Assembly: GCA_964016885.1 (NCBI GenBank)
Contig: OZ024742.1
Location: 78,182,001 to 78,246,000 of the forward strand
Origin: Eledone cirrhosa
Lineage: Eukaryota
Direction of reading: 5' to 3'
DNA length: 64,000 nucleotides
Below, piece by piece: positions 13,632 to 26,974 of this stretch; the first letter of the stretch is position 1, and the number at the start of each line of letters is the position of its first letter. Under the pieces are notes generated by a model. The model saw only the letters and a list, made by a program, of their open reading frames with translations. It was not told the DNA's origin and searched no databases. The translations under genes and the position numbers were made by a program.

Positions 13632-14412
13632 ATTATTTCAAAAAGTTCCTGGGAACATAATCTACACTCATATCTGTTATTTTGATAAGGGGTGGCCCTT
13701 TTGAGCACACTCCAGGTCAGGTTATAATCGATATTCTTTTTTCTATAATTATTAATTATTTCAGCCAAGGATGTTGTATTAGTTAATGCGGCATTTTTAA
13801 AACTATGTTTGTGGGTATTATATCTTACTTTAAATTGGTTAGAAGTAGCTCCTATATATGAATAAGTTGAGTCCTTAGTGCTAATTTTACATCTATATAC
13901 TATGTTATTAATAAGACAATTTCCTTTTAATGGGAAATTTGCTTTGTTTCTACAGTTACAACCATTCGTGAATATTATATCAGGGGAGTTTACTGGACTT
14001 GTTATATGTGAAGGAGATGGTTGTTTGTTGCGGTTTATTTTAGTATTATGGTTAGTTTAATGTGTCGGTGGTATATTCATGTTTTTTTTTTACATTTATA
14101 TGCATTGTAGGCACTTATATTTTGTTGTATATTTTTGGTAGTGGAGTAGCAAAATTTGACATTTGATCTATTTAAAATTTGATGGTATTTATGGTTTGGC
14201 GGGAAGTTTTTCTATAGGATAGTAAAACATTTTTAGGGATATTATCTTTAATTTGGAGATTAAATGGAGCATTTATCTTGACTCTGTTTTCCTGTGATTT
14301 TCATCGAAAAATTTTTGAATACATCTTCTCTTTTAATGATATTTGGATTACATTGAGTTCTTCATATGGATTGGACACTACCGTATATTTTTGGTAGATT
14401 TATCTACATATA

Positions 14413-14454
<42 letters not shown>

Positions 14455-14456
<2 letters not shown>

Positions 14457-14610
14457 CAAAGGAATTGTGGTAAGGAACCAGATGGACCATAACGCACCAG
14501 AGTACTCAATACTTAGGGTAGTAGAGTGGGAAATAGGAAAAGGTAAGACCCCGACGGCAGATCTCTGCCGTCGAAACGGCTGGAGCTCTGCCGTCGGGGT
14601 ATTACTTTTT

Positions 14611-14615
<5 letters not shown>
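14455..14615. mobile_element. Small (TA)n-flanked element with terminal fold-back (same family as 31028-31220)
   Basis: Tail 'ggaaccagatggaccataacgcaccagagtactc' is the near-exact reverse complement of about 31170-31205; palindromic head 14533-14615 contains GAAAC-GGC(tggagctct)GCC-GTC. Confidence 0.8.
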
Positions 14616-14666
<51 letters not shown>

Positions 14667-14667
14667 T

Positions 14668-14800
14668 AACAGATTAAAGTTTAAGCAAAGAATCGCTGCT
14701 TTCACCCTTAACTAAAAAAATCAATTTGACAGATTGATTTTTTTTAGTTTCAGAAGATCCCGTTAATAAGCACCGATTCTTTACTTAAACTTTAATCTGT
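14668..14800. repeat. Nested inverted repeat (33-bp outer arms, ~17-bp inner hairpin)
   Basis: acagattaaagtttaagcaaagaatcgctgctt pairs with aagcaccgattctttacttaaactttaatctgt; inner aactaaaaaaatcaat pairs with attgattttttttagtt. Confidence 0.75.
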
Positions 14801-14897
14801 CATTTTAATAAATATTTGCTCTACGGTTCTTATATATTTGATATATATTTATCCTTATCGAGCCCTCTTTGGATTTAGTCTTCAAATTTATTATTAT

Positions 14898-15014
<117 letters not shown>

Positions 15015-15133
15015 GAGATTGTTGATGTACGCCATTTGTTTTTGTGTGTGTTGTGTGCACACAACACACACAAAAACAAGATGGCATAGGACAGAACAAA
15101 GGAGAGGCACAAAAACAAAGAAAAGAATCCCCA

Positions 15134-15176
15134 GTCACTGAAGAGGTCACAGAATGTATGACGAAAGAATTTTGAC
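15134..15176 (+). ncRNA. Hammerhead-like motif with intact core and shortened stem III
   Basis: guca-CUGAAGA-gGUCA(cagaaugua)UGAC-GAAA-gaauuu-ugac; loop 3 appears to have lost about 2 nt. Confidence 0.55.
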
Positions 15177-15859
15177 AATATATGAACAACCGTCCGGTTG
15201 TGGAACCAACCAACCAACCGGAAATTTATAAATTCTTAAATTTATAAATTTAATTTATAATAAATTGGAGTGAAAGCAACTGGTGCGTGTGTTTCTTATT
15301 GGCAACATAACTCTCCCAAAGCATAACAATATCGGTTTCAACACACGTTTTCAGATAAAGAATCTTGCTAGACAAATTCAGAAACGAAATATATATATAT
15401 ATATATATATGTATCCCTCCCTGTTTTTCATAATTTGTGGATATGATTACAGAAAAAATGCATATATAAAATATGTGTATTTGTAAGGGTATGTTTATAT
15501 ATCTATGTATGTATATATGTATATATTTATATTTCTTCATATCCCTCCTTAGATGTTTTCAGTAATATATCAATCTCTCTCTTTGATAAAACATTGATAG
15601 CCCCTCACTAAACCTTGCTCCAGCCGTGAAGTGCCCTCTGTGACCTTTCTCAGAGAGCAGCCTAGTCAATTGTGAGAGAGGAGATTCGAACTGACTATTT
15701 CATTTGACCTTTATTGACTTCGAAAAGAGGAACAACAGAGTTGTCGGCAGAATTTGATCTCAGAACGTAGAGGGGCCGAAGAAATATCACAAGGTATTAT
15801 ATCCAACTTCTAATTATTCTGTTAATTTACCGTATGCATGTAAGTAAGTGTGTATGTAT

Positions 15860-16270
15860 GTGTGTATGCTTCGGAAGGTTGCTACACATCCCACACACGG
15901 AGCTCAAAACAAATAGATTTGTCAGGGAGCAAGTTAAAAAATATGCTGACAGACAGGTAACACTTCTTGTGAGAGTGAGAAGACGAAAACCTGTCTGGTG
16001 TGGTCTTGTATCCCACCACAACTCCTTGTCTCAACTCATCCTCAAAGGTTTAGTCGAGATAGAGACAGACAAAAAAGATCCTGGTCCGAGAACATCAAAG
16101 ACTGGAGTTGATTGGTCACAACAGCGAGACGCTTCCCCGTATGACTGGAAATAGAGATGAGTGACGACGGCTGACTGCGAAAGCGTCTAGTGTGCTAACC
16201 CAGGAGCTAGTTGCACTTGCAACACACGTAGAGTGGCACGAAACGACTGGCTGCACCAGTTACGAGACCA
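15860..16270 (+). mobile_element. RTE-like LINE 3' fragment, decayed
   Basis: 'RLLHIPHTELKTNRFVREQV..LLVRVRRRKPVWCGLVSHHNSLSQLILKGLVE' resembles the RTE post-RT region (RRRKL.WFGHV.R). Confidence 0.7.
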
Positions 16271-17484
16271 TGATTGTTTGATGTATGCTGTTAAATATAT
16301 AAGTATTCGAGTTTAAATCTAGTTAATGTGCTTATTACTGTCCTACTTTGCCATTATTATACTTACTTCAATGAAGTTGATATAATTGCATCTATCCCGC
16401 CAAAAAAATGTCTGGTTTGGTGTTTATAATCCATTCCGTTTCAGGCGTCATTATCCCTTATTTCTCTATACTCGTGACTATATATCATCTATGTATCACG
16501 TCTTTCTTTTTACGATATTAACGTTTGATTTTGGTGAGATTTGGTTGTAATTTCCAGTATCTCAAGCAACTATGTAGTGGAAATTCTCCGTTTTATCATT
16601 TTAAATTTTTCCTTGTTCTGTTGTCATCATCTACTGGAACACTAAAACCTTCAGCAGAGAAAGTGTAGTATATGATTCTAGTTGGAATCAGGGACACATT
16701 TTAATGTTTTTTATTCATTGCTTTGTGTATAATTTAATATTATTTTACTGCGTATGTGGCTGAGTATGTGTGTATAAGTGTGACGTCCGAATGAGTATCC
16801 TTCATCACCAACTACCTTATCCTCCCCTCTTGGTCCCGGCTGACAAGATGGACAATACATTGTCCAGGGAAACGGTGATGGATTCTCACTGGAGCAGCCA
16901 CTCCACCTCACAAGGCTTGCACCTACTTGCAGCCTACTCCACTTCGATCGGACTAGATTGCTTCGCGCTAAATCAGCAATTTTCAAGTAGGACGAAAATC
17001 AATGATATTCCAGCTGTGTCCTTCACCTGTAAAGATTTTTGAGGGAGATTTGGCTGCTATTTCTAGCTGGTTCGTGAAATATGTTGAAGCTATCTTGACA
17101 GCTGCACGTGTTAAATGTGTTCAGGAGGCGTGTACAATAAATAATATACTGACACTTAACGGTTTTCAAATGAAAGCTCTGAAAGGAAACAGGCAAAAGT
17201 AGAATTGAAACAAAAGAATATAAGAATAAAGTAATATAAAATAAAATGAAGGTGAGCAGTGGAGAAATGACAGTTGTTGTTTTGATGAATCACTTGTGGA
17301 GATGACAAGCATGGACTTGCTTACAAGAGAAACGTTTGTGCAGTTATGTTTCAAGAGATACACCTCAGCTATTTCATGTAAAGAAAGGTAGTGTGTGGAT
17401 GCAGCTTTTGTGTGTGCGTGAGAGTGAGAGAGAGGGTGAATGAGCGAGAGAGAGAGACAGGGGGCGAACGAGAGAGAGAGGGCG

Positions 17485-17530
<46 letters not shown>

Positions 17531-18620
17531 GGACAGGAAGAGAAGAAGAGATATAAAAAGTGCTGGTGTGAGCTAAATCAGGCTTCATCACAGATGCTGC
17601 AATATAAATGCACCTCAATTAGTTCAAATGACCTCGATTTGTTTTTTCTGTGCATTAAAAATACTAACTAGATGCTTTCTGAAATGTATAATATTATGTC
17701 CTCCAAAGATCTGCATGCTGCATACTTTCATCTTCCATGTGGATTATGCAATCTGTGGTGGGTAATGATGTTCCTATGGAAACGGTTGTATCAATATTGG
17801 GTTTATTCAGTATACATATAGTGATGTATTTTTAAAAGGTGATGGCATTCTGTAAATATTACACGACTAACCTAATGGAGTTGTCATTTTACGAGTAAAG
17901 CCTGCAAAGCTATGTTAGAAAAAACGAAAACGTGTCTGCTGGGTAATTTTTCATGTAATATAATGATATAAATTGATCTTGTATATCTTAAGTAGAAAGT
18001 GACAGCCATGTCTTTGTGTCATGAATAATAGGTTTAAACACACCGCAGCTGATATGGAGACAGTTGATAGTTATGCTCTACTACCCAATTGAAATATTAT
18101 CATCAACTGGATCAGTTAAACCTACTGAAGTGACAAAGAATTATATGAATCAGGTTATGAGTTGGACTGACTGATATATACGGTCTATACGGTCTATACG
18201 GTTCTCAAATATAACGTACAAGACTATTGTTTGTCCATGGTAGTTCTCCAATTGCTCTCTCTTGACAAATATGGGAATGGCTTTTTAGCTAACACCGAAT
18301 TAACATTATAATTTAGACTGAATAGATTTAACAACATATTTGCAAAACAAATTTCACCGGTTGCTTAAAAGGGAACTATAACTATGAAATTCTATTTGAA
18401 TAACTATATCGTGTGATTTTTAGAATACGAGGGTCACATGAAAAGTTTATAGGCTGACCAAAGTACTCACATGTACCAAACGAGGATTATATCTATCTAT
18501 CTATATATATATATACAAGTTCATCCCGGGTTCAATCGAGGGTAACCACAGTAAGTAAAGTACTCAATACATACCAGAGTATAAAATATTTAGTCCTGTA
18601 GAAGCCATTTCTATATTTTA

Positions 18621-18702
<82 letters not shown>

Positions 18703-19479
18703 ACACGCACATGCATACGCACAGGCTCGTGTATGTTCATATAAGAGTTATGACCTCATCAGACAGTGATTAGTTGAACAGAAACAAAAACATGGAGAAG
18801 AAATAAAAATTGCTCCTGCTGTTTCAATTCATATGTCCCGAGCTGATCAATGGTGTTGCTTTCTTAAAGCATCGGTGACATGATTTAGAATAAACATCCT
18901 CACAGCATCAACACAAAGGGTATACAAGGCCTCTAATTATTGGTCAGAAATAGTTCTACCACCATATCATCCAGACATTGTGAACTCCCTAGTGGTCCCA
19001 TGGTCTGTGATGTGCCATCCACTCGTGCAGGAAACAGGTAATTTAGAGGTGCCTTTGCATTAGATTTAACCTTTGCAATCAGTTAGTATGGCAGATGGAT
19101 TTGTCTAAGGTTGAAGACAGATCACTGTTCTTAGGTGTATACAACCACCAAAGAATTCAGCCCTTCTGCTAAATATTTTCGTTCCCCTTCTTATTACCTC
19201 AAGAGTCTCACTCAGACAAATGCTGCAAATGCCTGGGCCGCCTCTATCTGGGTGTACATCATGAACCTTGGATCAAACCAAAGTATATGGGTTCTTGTCC
19301 AACATAGACTTCCATGTCGGTTCCGAAAGGGTCGTGCTTTTACGTTTATCGATCCTATTAAAAGATTATACCACCTGTCCAGGCATTTATTTTCAAGCGA
19401 GCTGGATTCGGGCTTTCTGCAGTTATATAATCTAGTCGACACCCGTGCATTGCCTTTGGGATGTTTAATGAGTGTGCTC

Positions 19480-19670
19480 GGTCACTGTAACTTGCATGGG
19501 ATCCCTAAGGAAGTCAGAGTTCACCGGAGTTGTCACAGGCTTAACCTTATCCTCGTCTGGAATTAAAAGTCACATAAGAGGACATGAACGGACGTTTGGA
19601 GTTACTAACGGTTGTTGGGGGTGCATGGGAAGACCGCATTCAACGGCAGAGATGACGCAATCACCCAGTA
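19480..19670 (+). mobile_element. LINE (RTE-like) 3' end with a C2H2-like finger remnant
   Basis: 'SSSGIKSHIRGHERTFGV' and the downstream 3' UTR are shared with 22430-22545. Confidence 0.55.
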
Positions 19671-19699
19671 TACATGCATGTATGTATGTATTATCTCTT

Positions 19700-20463
19700 T
19701 CTCTTATTTTCGGGTATATTTTTTGACCGGCCACCTTCCTGGTGGCAAGGTTGTAAAAGAAAAGAAATTTGTCATCCCTTGAATCGCAAGAATGTTTTGC
19801 AAATTTTGAAGGTGCCAGCCATCGCAGCCATTTGTAGACTATGGATTAGGGAGCTGCGCTCTTTGTCTGCAAATCCAAGTTCAGTTATAAAATGGTCCAA
19901 GCGGGTTGGTACATAACCCATAGCTCCAATAATTGTTTCTACTTTAGGCACAAGGCCAGCAATTACCAGTGCATTACTGGTACTTTATTTTATCGACCCC
20001 GTAAGGATGAAAGGCAAAGTCAACCTCGGCGGGATTTGAACTCAGATTGTAAAGGGACGTAACTACGCTGGAAAGCATGGCGTCCGACCCTCTACCGATA
20101 CTGCCAATCCACGATGGCTATGAAGCTAAAGGTGTATCTTGGATTCTGGATTTGTAAACTCCTCATCAATGGTCCGTAGATGTCCTCCTTCTCCTGTATC
20201 TTTCTGACAACGTTTACATCAAGTGGGCAGCTGATCTCCACAACAGAACACGTTTTCAATGTGAAGTCCCAAACAACAATATCAGGCCGGTTGTGCTTTA
20301 ATTTGGTGGCAGTTTTTATTTTCAGGTTCGACCAGTATTCCTTAGTGCCATCTGTCTCAATAAATTCTTCCTCGTTTGTTGTTAATTTTGTTTTTCGAAG
20401 TGCGTTCCAGATGGTTCTAGCTATCCCATCGTGTCTCATGGGGAGGTAGTAGCGAGATGACAT
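19700..20463 (-). mobile_element. 3' (RLE) fragment of an R4/NeSL-type LINE inserted in (CATA)n, interrupted by a SINE
   Basis: 'MSSRYYLPMRHDGIAR..KHNRPDIVVWD..VVEISCP..EKEDIY' is a PD..E..K restriction-like endonuclease; continues as 'IGAMGYVP' after the SINE; (TATG)n at 19676-19690 and 20462-20526. Confidence 0.85.
19931..20113 (-). mobile_element. tRNA-derived SINE
   Basis: Reverse complement of the 13445-13631 family. Confidence 0.9.
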
Positions 20464-21162
20464 GTATGTATGTATGTATGTATGTATGTATGTATGTATG
20501 TATGTATGTATGTATGTATGTATGTATAGCAGCCCTAAATATTCGAGAGATTCGAAATTATTATATTCACGTTGCTGATCAGGTTTTCTCCCTTGACACT
20601 TTTTTCTGTTATTAAATATCGATTTGTAATAAACTCTATATGCTTACATACAACTTCACACTTTAAGAAAAACTGGACAGACGTTGTGTATTTTTTCATG
20701 CATTCTAATAGATAATGTTGTTGTTTTTGTAGAACTGTAACCTCATGATCTATTATAATCTCATTTGTTGGTCGGCATTGTCCAAGTGACCTAATGGTCT
20801 TTATTTGCATAGTTTGAACACATTTAATCAAAGGGGAATTACGTCTCTTGTCAATAAAGAGTAAAATGTGAAATAGAACAAAATTTAATTAAACGAAATT
20901 TGTGTTAGCTTGCTGTGAGGATAAGAACATTCTACATTTTCTGAGAGTAGACTTTTGTTCTCTTTATTGAGTTGAATTTTGCCGAAGCACATCACCATTA
21001 GTCTCCTTCAATTCTGGTATTCAGCTATAGCATAAGTGTCAATCTTGATGCCTTCAGCAAATAACATTTATTATTATTGTCTGTAATTTACACTACTTCA
21101 TGGCTTACGTCTAAAGATGCGTAGCATTGAATGTAGTGTTGTATATTTTAGGCAAACAGAAA

Positions 21163-22003
21163 TTGTGCCTCTTTCTCCTACCTGTGATTGTAGTGTTATT
21201 CAATCTATTTGTTGGTTGTTTTTAAAGAAAATAATGTGTGCACGAAGAATCTGTCTTAGGTTTCAAATTTGTGTTCCGTTAAAGCAGTTTTACAGTTACG
21301 CTGCTTGTGTCCACTCATCAGATTCTGAAGCAGTGCCGTTATGTTGAACGTTCTGTGAGCAAGTACCGAGGTAACAATTGGTTTTGGCTGGCGAGACGTA
21401 GCTTTCTTCCATCAAGTTTTATTACTGATTTTATTTTATTTTTACACCCATCGAAGTGAACCGAACACCGGAGATACCTTGCTCTCTTTAAATTGACGTG
21501 TTTTATGTATTGATTCCCTTTTTAATCGGGAGAAAGTCATTTATATGTAGCATTCATTTTTCATCGAAACAGCATGGTGAAATAAAAGAAGATATTGCAC
21601 GCATGCGTAGATCTACTAACAAGATAAATAATTTGTATATACGGACAAAGAGACGAATCTAAACCGATGGTTCGATGAAAAATGGACACATTTCTCTCAA
21701 CGAGTATGTATATTTTTCTTATACCTTACAGAATGGATCTGACGAAAAACTGTTCTGTTAATGGTAGCCATATCAATCTATTGGAATTGTATGAGTTATT
21801 CTTCAGTTTTGAAACTTCACTTAGGAAACTTAATGAAGCCTTCTAGCTTTAGCTTGCTTCCCTTGTGAATTGTTCTTTTTAGATTACATTATTGGGATCT
21901 ACACCTCAGTAATTTTGTATACGAGGTTCTATATGTATATATCTATATGATTTCTAAAGAATGAAACAGTTCTAGTCCTGTAGAATCTCATGTATATTAT
22001 ATC

Positions 22004-22040
<37 letters not shown>

Positions 22041-22161
22041 ATACACACAGAAACAAATTTGAAACCTAAGACAGATTCTTCGTGCACACATTTTTTCTTA
22101 AAAACAACCAATAAAATAGATTGAACAATACTACAATCACAGGTAGGAGAAAGAGGCACAA
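21163..22161. repeat. Inverted repeat pair, ~110-bp arms (21163-21272 and 22053-22161)
   Basis: 'ttgtgcctctttctcctacctgtgattgtagt...tcttaggtttcaaatttgt' and its reverse complement; the right arm abuts a TA/TG tract. Confidence 0.85.
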
Positions 22162-22259
22162 ATATATGTATATCACTCATTTAAAATCAGATGAGGGTAC
22201 ATCACTCATTTGAAATCACATAAAAAGCCAACTGTATGCAGCTCTATCCCTCCAATTCT

Positions 22260-22542
22260 AGGTGAGACAACAAACATGTGTGGTGTGCAAAAAGATCTGC
22301 AAATCAATCTTTGGTCTTAAAGGGCATATGAGGGTACATAAGGATCACATCCCACAAACTGACCCAATCAATTCAATAGATGGCACACATCTTTTTAATG
22401 TCAGATTTGCTGCAGACCATGTGAATCTAATGGTGGATTTAAAAGCCACCTAAGAGGCCATTAACGGACGTTTGGAGTTCGTGACGGTTGATGGGGATGC
22501 ATAGGGAGACGTCAATCATCTGCAAAGATGAAGCAGTCAACA

Positions 22543-22545
<3 letters not shown>
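22260..22545 (+). mobile_element. LINE (RTE-like) 3' end with two C2H2-type fingers
   Basis: 'CVVCKKICKSIFGLKGHMRVH' followed, after a frameshift, by 'CQICCRPCESNGGFKSHLRGH'; ends in (TG)n. Confidence 0.6.
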
Positions 22546-22615
<70 letters not shown>

Positions 22616-22655
22616 GTAATCAAAGAACGCCTACATACTCATACAATTTTTATTT

Positions 22656-22700
22656 GCTGACAATGTTTCATCCATACCATTGGGCAGGAATCATCAGGGC
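22656..22700 (-). ncRNA. Hammerhead motif with intact core and weak stem I
   Basis: Minus strand: gcc-CUGAUGA-uUCCUGCC(caau)GGUAuGGAu-GAAAC-AUU-GUC-agc, followed by AAUAAA. Confidence 0.6.
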
Positions 22701-23189
22701 TTAAAAAACAAAAATACAGTGCTGAGTATAAGCTCTACCAAGCTTATTCACGTGAACATTAGAAATACAGTACAGGATAATAAGAGGGAGATCGGAAATT
22801 GAAAGGATGGAGATAATGCGTAATGGGGTTATTATTCAACATTACAGCAACATATGAGGATATAGGCAGATTTTCTCACAAATGGCGGAAGCACGTGAGG
22901 GCACACATAAACAAATGAAGCATTTACCGAGTTAAAACATATAATAAAAAAGTAAAAGAAAAATAATAGTATAAATAATATAAAAAGATAAATACATAAT
23001 TAAAAAAAAAGTTAAAGCACACAAAAGCCAGAGGAAGTTATGCGTTGGTCAATATATAGAACAGGTGATTTAGTTTTCCATAACTTAGAGTTATAGATAT
23101 ACTAAGAGGCCCCTTGTCTACGTAAATAATATATATATATATATATATATATGCATATATCCTACACCATCTTGCTTTTGTACCAAGAT

Positions 23190-23231
<42 letters not shown>

Positions 23232-23282
23232 TAAAATAAAGTTAAATAAAAGTCAAATGATTAAAATTTAGCTTCGTTTATT

Positions 23283-23337
23283 ACTGCTATATATATTTCA
23301 GTGACAGCCATCTTTGGCTGTGACCTCTTCAGGCAGT
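23283..23337 (-). ncRNA. Hammerhead ribozyme (copy in the inverted 5' pLTR)
   Basis: Reverse complement of 25995-26049. Confidence 0.85.
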
Positions 23338-23715
23338 TTGAATTAGTATGGTATAGACAAGTACATATATTGTTTAGGTGTATAATATTGTCAATACTCT
23401 GATATGCCCAGTTCCTTGTTGGGTTGTTAATTCACTGAGGAACTGGAGTCATATGAATTCAAACAAACGAATAACCAAACCAACCTGCGCACTTCGTCGA
23501 GTGCTCCAGCCTGCATACTGAGGAATCCGAAAAGCCGGGAGGTGGATAGCCCAACAGACACTCACAACCGCGTTGCCAGAGGGGGAGGGCGAACCCTAAC
23601 AATACAGGCAGAGCAGAATCAAATAGGCACCATGTACCAGACACCACCACACGGGCGGTGGGGACTAGTGCGCTTGACCAAGAGATGGAGCACAATATGA
23701 GTAGCAGTCTCAGGC

Positions 23716-24887
23716 GTGACGCTAACCACCCCAGGACGGATGACCCCAACCGCAGGACACGTGGGGGGGGGGGGGGGGGGGGGAAACGGGCGACCACCCC
23801 ACGATGGATCTCCCGGGGTGGACAACGACCACCCCACAAATCCGGGCCGCGAAGATAACAAAAAGCATAGAGCCCAAAGGGGAAGCAACAGTGCGGAACC
23901 CACCAGCAACCCAACAAATCTACAACAAATCACGAAGCCCCCGACCCACACATATAGGAGGAGACACCGACGAATCACGTGGTACAACCCACCCTACTCA
24001 GCGGCCCTAAAGAAAAGCTTGGCCCGATTATTCTTTGGAGCACTTGACAAATGCTTCCCGAGGGACCACAGATACTACAGGATCTTCAACAGACACACTG
24101 TGAAGCTTTCGTATTCCACCACGAGAAATTTGGCCCAACACATAGCTAGCATCAACAGAAGTAGGCTTAAAAACCACACACAACCAGAAGATGGCAATAC
24201 AAACACTCAGCAGAACCATGTGAAAGGAGGGAAGGGGGCACCCAGAGCCCACCCAAGAAACACAAACAGACCCGAGGACCCCCACCGAGCATAGGGGAAG
24301 ACCAACATGTAACACATAACGAGAACCCTAATCTAGGCACGCAGAGGCCGACCACCCTCTGCAACTGTAGAAGCCCCGAATCATGCTCCCTTGGTAATGA
24401 ATGTCTCAAGAAGAACCTAGTGTACGGTTGTAGGGTTAAAACCCCCAACTCCGAACACCTCTACATAGGAGCCACATCAACGAGCTTTAAGGACCGCTGG
24501 TACAACCATCGCCATTCATTCAAGAAGGAGGCCAAAAGGAAAAGCACAGCTCTCTCCAACCTGATCTGGAAGCTTAAGCTGGACAGGACCCCATATTCTC
24601 TGGCCTGGTACATAATCAGGAAAGTAACACCCGATAAAGGGGGATCTTGCATATGCAAACTATGCCTGAACGAGACTCTCGAGATACTAAGAAGTGGAAG
24701 CGGCCTGATAAACCTCAGAACCGACTTCTTCGGGACATTCAGACACCTTAGAGCCGGGACCTTTATCAAGATAGTAGCAACACAAGAAGATGTGAACTCC
24801 CCTCAAGCTATAGGGACTTCTACAGAACATGAAAACACCTCTCGGCCAGACCTCCCTCAAGCTATATGGGCAATAACAACACCCTAG
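23716..24887 (+). pseudogene. PLE RT-thumb + Cys-rich linker + GIY-YIG endonuclease, one frameshift near 24250-24290
   Basis: 'RRITWYNPPYS..FNRHTVKLSYSTTRN' (23716 frame), then 'CNCRSPESCSLGNECLKKNLVYGCRV..YIGATSTSFKDRWYNHRHSF..CKLCLNE..LIN' (24360 frame). Confidence 0.85.
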
Positions 24888-25994
24888 GTTGTGAACTCCC
24901 CTCAAGCCACAAGGAACAACCCAGGCGGAGCAGACACCATGATAGCCTAGAGATAGAATCGGACATAGCCATAATAATTTGGCCAACATCTATACCGCAA
25001 ACACTTTTAATTTACCAGATTTCTGACTTTCAAGTTCCAATCTTAAACCTTGATTTCTCTTTATTAATTTGTTATTTGTTTTCTTCCCTCTTCACTGTAT
25101 CACCTTATATTTATTTTAAGTTGAGATGGATTATAACACAAACACATTTAGTTTGAATATCTCATCTTAACATCTTGTCTCATACCAATCTATCCAACAT
25201 ATTCTAACCTTGAGATTGGTTATAGCACACACACACACTTTATCCTACATTATTTCTCACTTATCCATATTCATTTTCATTACTTTTTCACCAATCTCTC
25301 ATTTATTCTTTATTCTTTATTCTCTATTTATTTATTTATTTTCAAATTACACAAATTATATTAATTATTTTATTATATTATTTATTTATTTTCTGTTTTC
25401 TTCATTTATTGCCTTATATTTCTTCATATACATGGAAGAACCCCCCCCCCCTCCCCGCCGCCACCACCACCACCACCACTACGATGGTGGCAGGAGGGAT
25501 GAAGAAAAAACACAAACTGGATACTTCTAAATTGTTAGCAGCAGCAAGATATAAGCTGACCACTACACCAACAACAGTACCAAAATAATGGTGGAGGTCA
25601 AATGTACTGAACAATAGCAGGCAAAAACACTACAGGGAGCCTCAACCCAGAAAGAATTCTATAGACTTCTCACTGAGGAATGCTCTCAGAACTGACCAAT
25701 GGGAAGTTTGACACGTTTTTTGTTATTTTGTTCCTTTAACACCTTGTCCCTTCTACCATTTTATCAATTTTTAAGCTAACTCCAACAATAACAACACTTA
25801 GAATGAGGAATGTTCTAATAACTGACCAATGAGAGGAGAAGGGGACCTTTGGCACTGAAATTCGTTTGTTTGTATTTATATGACTCCAGTTCCTCAGTGA
25901 ATTAACAACCCAACAAGGAACTGGGCATATCAGAGTATTGACAATATTATACACCTAAACAACATATGTACTTGTCTATACCATACTAATTCAA

Positions 25995-26049
25995 ACTGCC
26001 TGAAGAGGTCACAGCCAAAGATGGCTGTCACTGAAATATATATAGCAGT
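25995..26049 (+). ncRNA. Minimal type-I hammerhead ribozyme in the 3' pLTR
   Basis: ACUGC-CUGAAGA-GGUcACAGCCA(aaga)UGGCUGUcACU-GAAA-U-AUAU-AUA-GCAGU; predicted cleavage after 26044; AATAAA immediately downstream. Confidence 0.9.
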
Positions 26050-26190
26050 AATAAACGAAGCTAAATTTTAATCATTTGACTTTTATTTAACTTTATTTTA
26101 CACTACTCCGGAGTAACCAAACCAACCTGCGCACTCGTCGAGTGCTCCAGCCTGCATACTGAGGTGTTGGTATACAACCAACATAAACTC

Positions 26191-26346
<156 letters not shown>

Positions 26347-26803
26347 TGTGCGTGTATATATATATATACATATATATATAAATATATATTTATATGTATA
26401 TGAAAATATATACTGTGCTGTTTCTATAGTATTGTATCTGTTTTTTCCATCGATTTCCACTCATCACTCTCGTGTAATCTTCTATACCAAACAAGAAGAA
26501 AACGATTTCTCTCGTTCAAACCCCGTGTACGAACACTGACACGTAGAAAACAAAACATAAACGGATAGTTGCGTATAGGGAGTGGGGGGAGGTGCCATAG
26601 TCTGTGTGTCTATGATAAGCAGTGTAACTCAAAGTAAACTGACCTGTCTATTGTTTTGTCATTGTTCAGACAAGTGAAGTGCAAACATTTATGCATATTG
26701 ATCCATGACTAAGTAAACAGACTCATATTTAAAGAAGACATGCCCTATTGAATATTCAATTCCATTCCATTATTGCTGACCGGACACTTGATTTGTATTG
26801 TAA

Positions 26804-26883
<80 letters not shown>

Positions 26884-26974
26884 CATAGGGGTGGGAGGGA
26901 CAAAGTTGTGTGTATGAATGTACAAGAATAAAAATTACGTTAACAGATATGTATGACCCTAATCGACTTAATAT

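Larger units (their letters stand above)
12425..14400 (-). mobile_element. 5'-truncated Penelope-like element (RT thumb + GIY-YIG relic, long AT-rich 3' UTR, terminal hammerhead), interrupted by a SINE
   Basis: Minus strand gives 'CNCRNKANFPLKGNCLINNIVYRCKI..YIGATSNQFKVRYNTHKHSF..WSVLKRATPYQNNRYECRLCSQELFEI', homologous to 24360-24760; flanked by (TA)n on both sides. Confidence 0.85.
23233..26164 (+). mobile_element. Penelope-like element with inverted 5' pLTR, 3' pLTR and tail; no RT core visible
   Basis: 23233-23472 is the reverse complement of 25860-26099; about 23472-23522 is directly repeated at about 26114-26164; internal thumb + GIY-YIG coding; hammerhead in the pLTR; (TA)n/(TC)n flanks. 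Confidence 0.9.

Noticed and set aside
17550-17625. TATA-box promoter after the (GA)n tract
   Set aside because: TATAAA is frequent in this AT-rich sequence and no downstream gene is supported.
22262-22453. Host C2H2 zinc-finger gene
   Set aside because: Frameshifted, and followed by a 3' UTR shared with 19560-19670; better explained as a LINE C-terminus.
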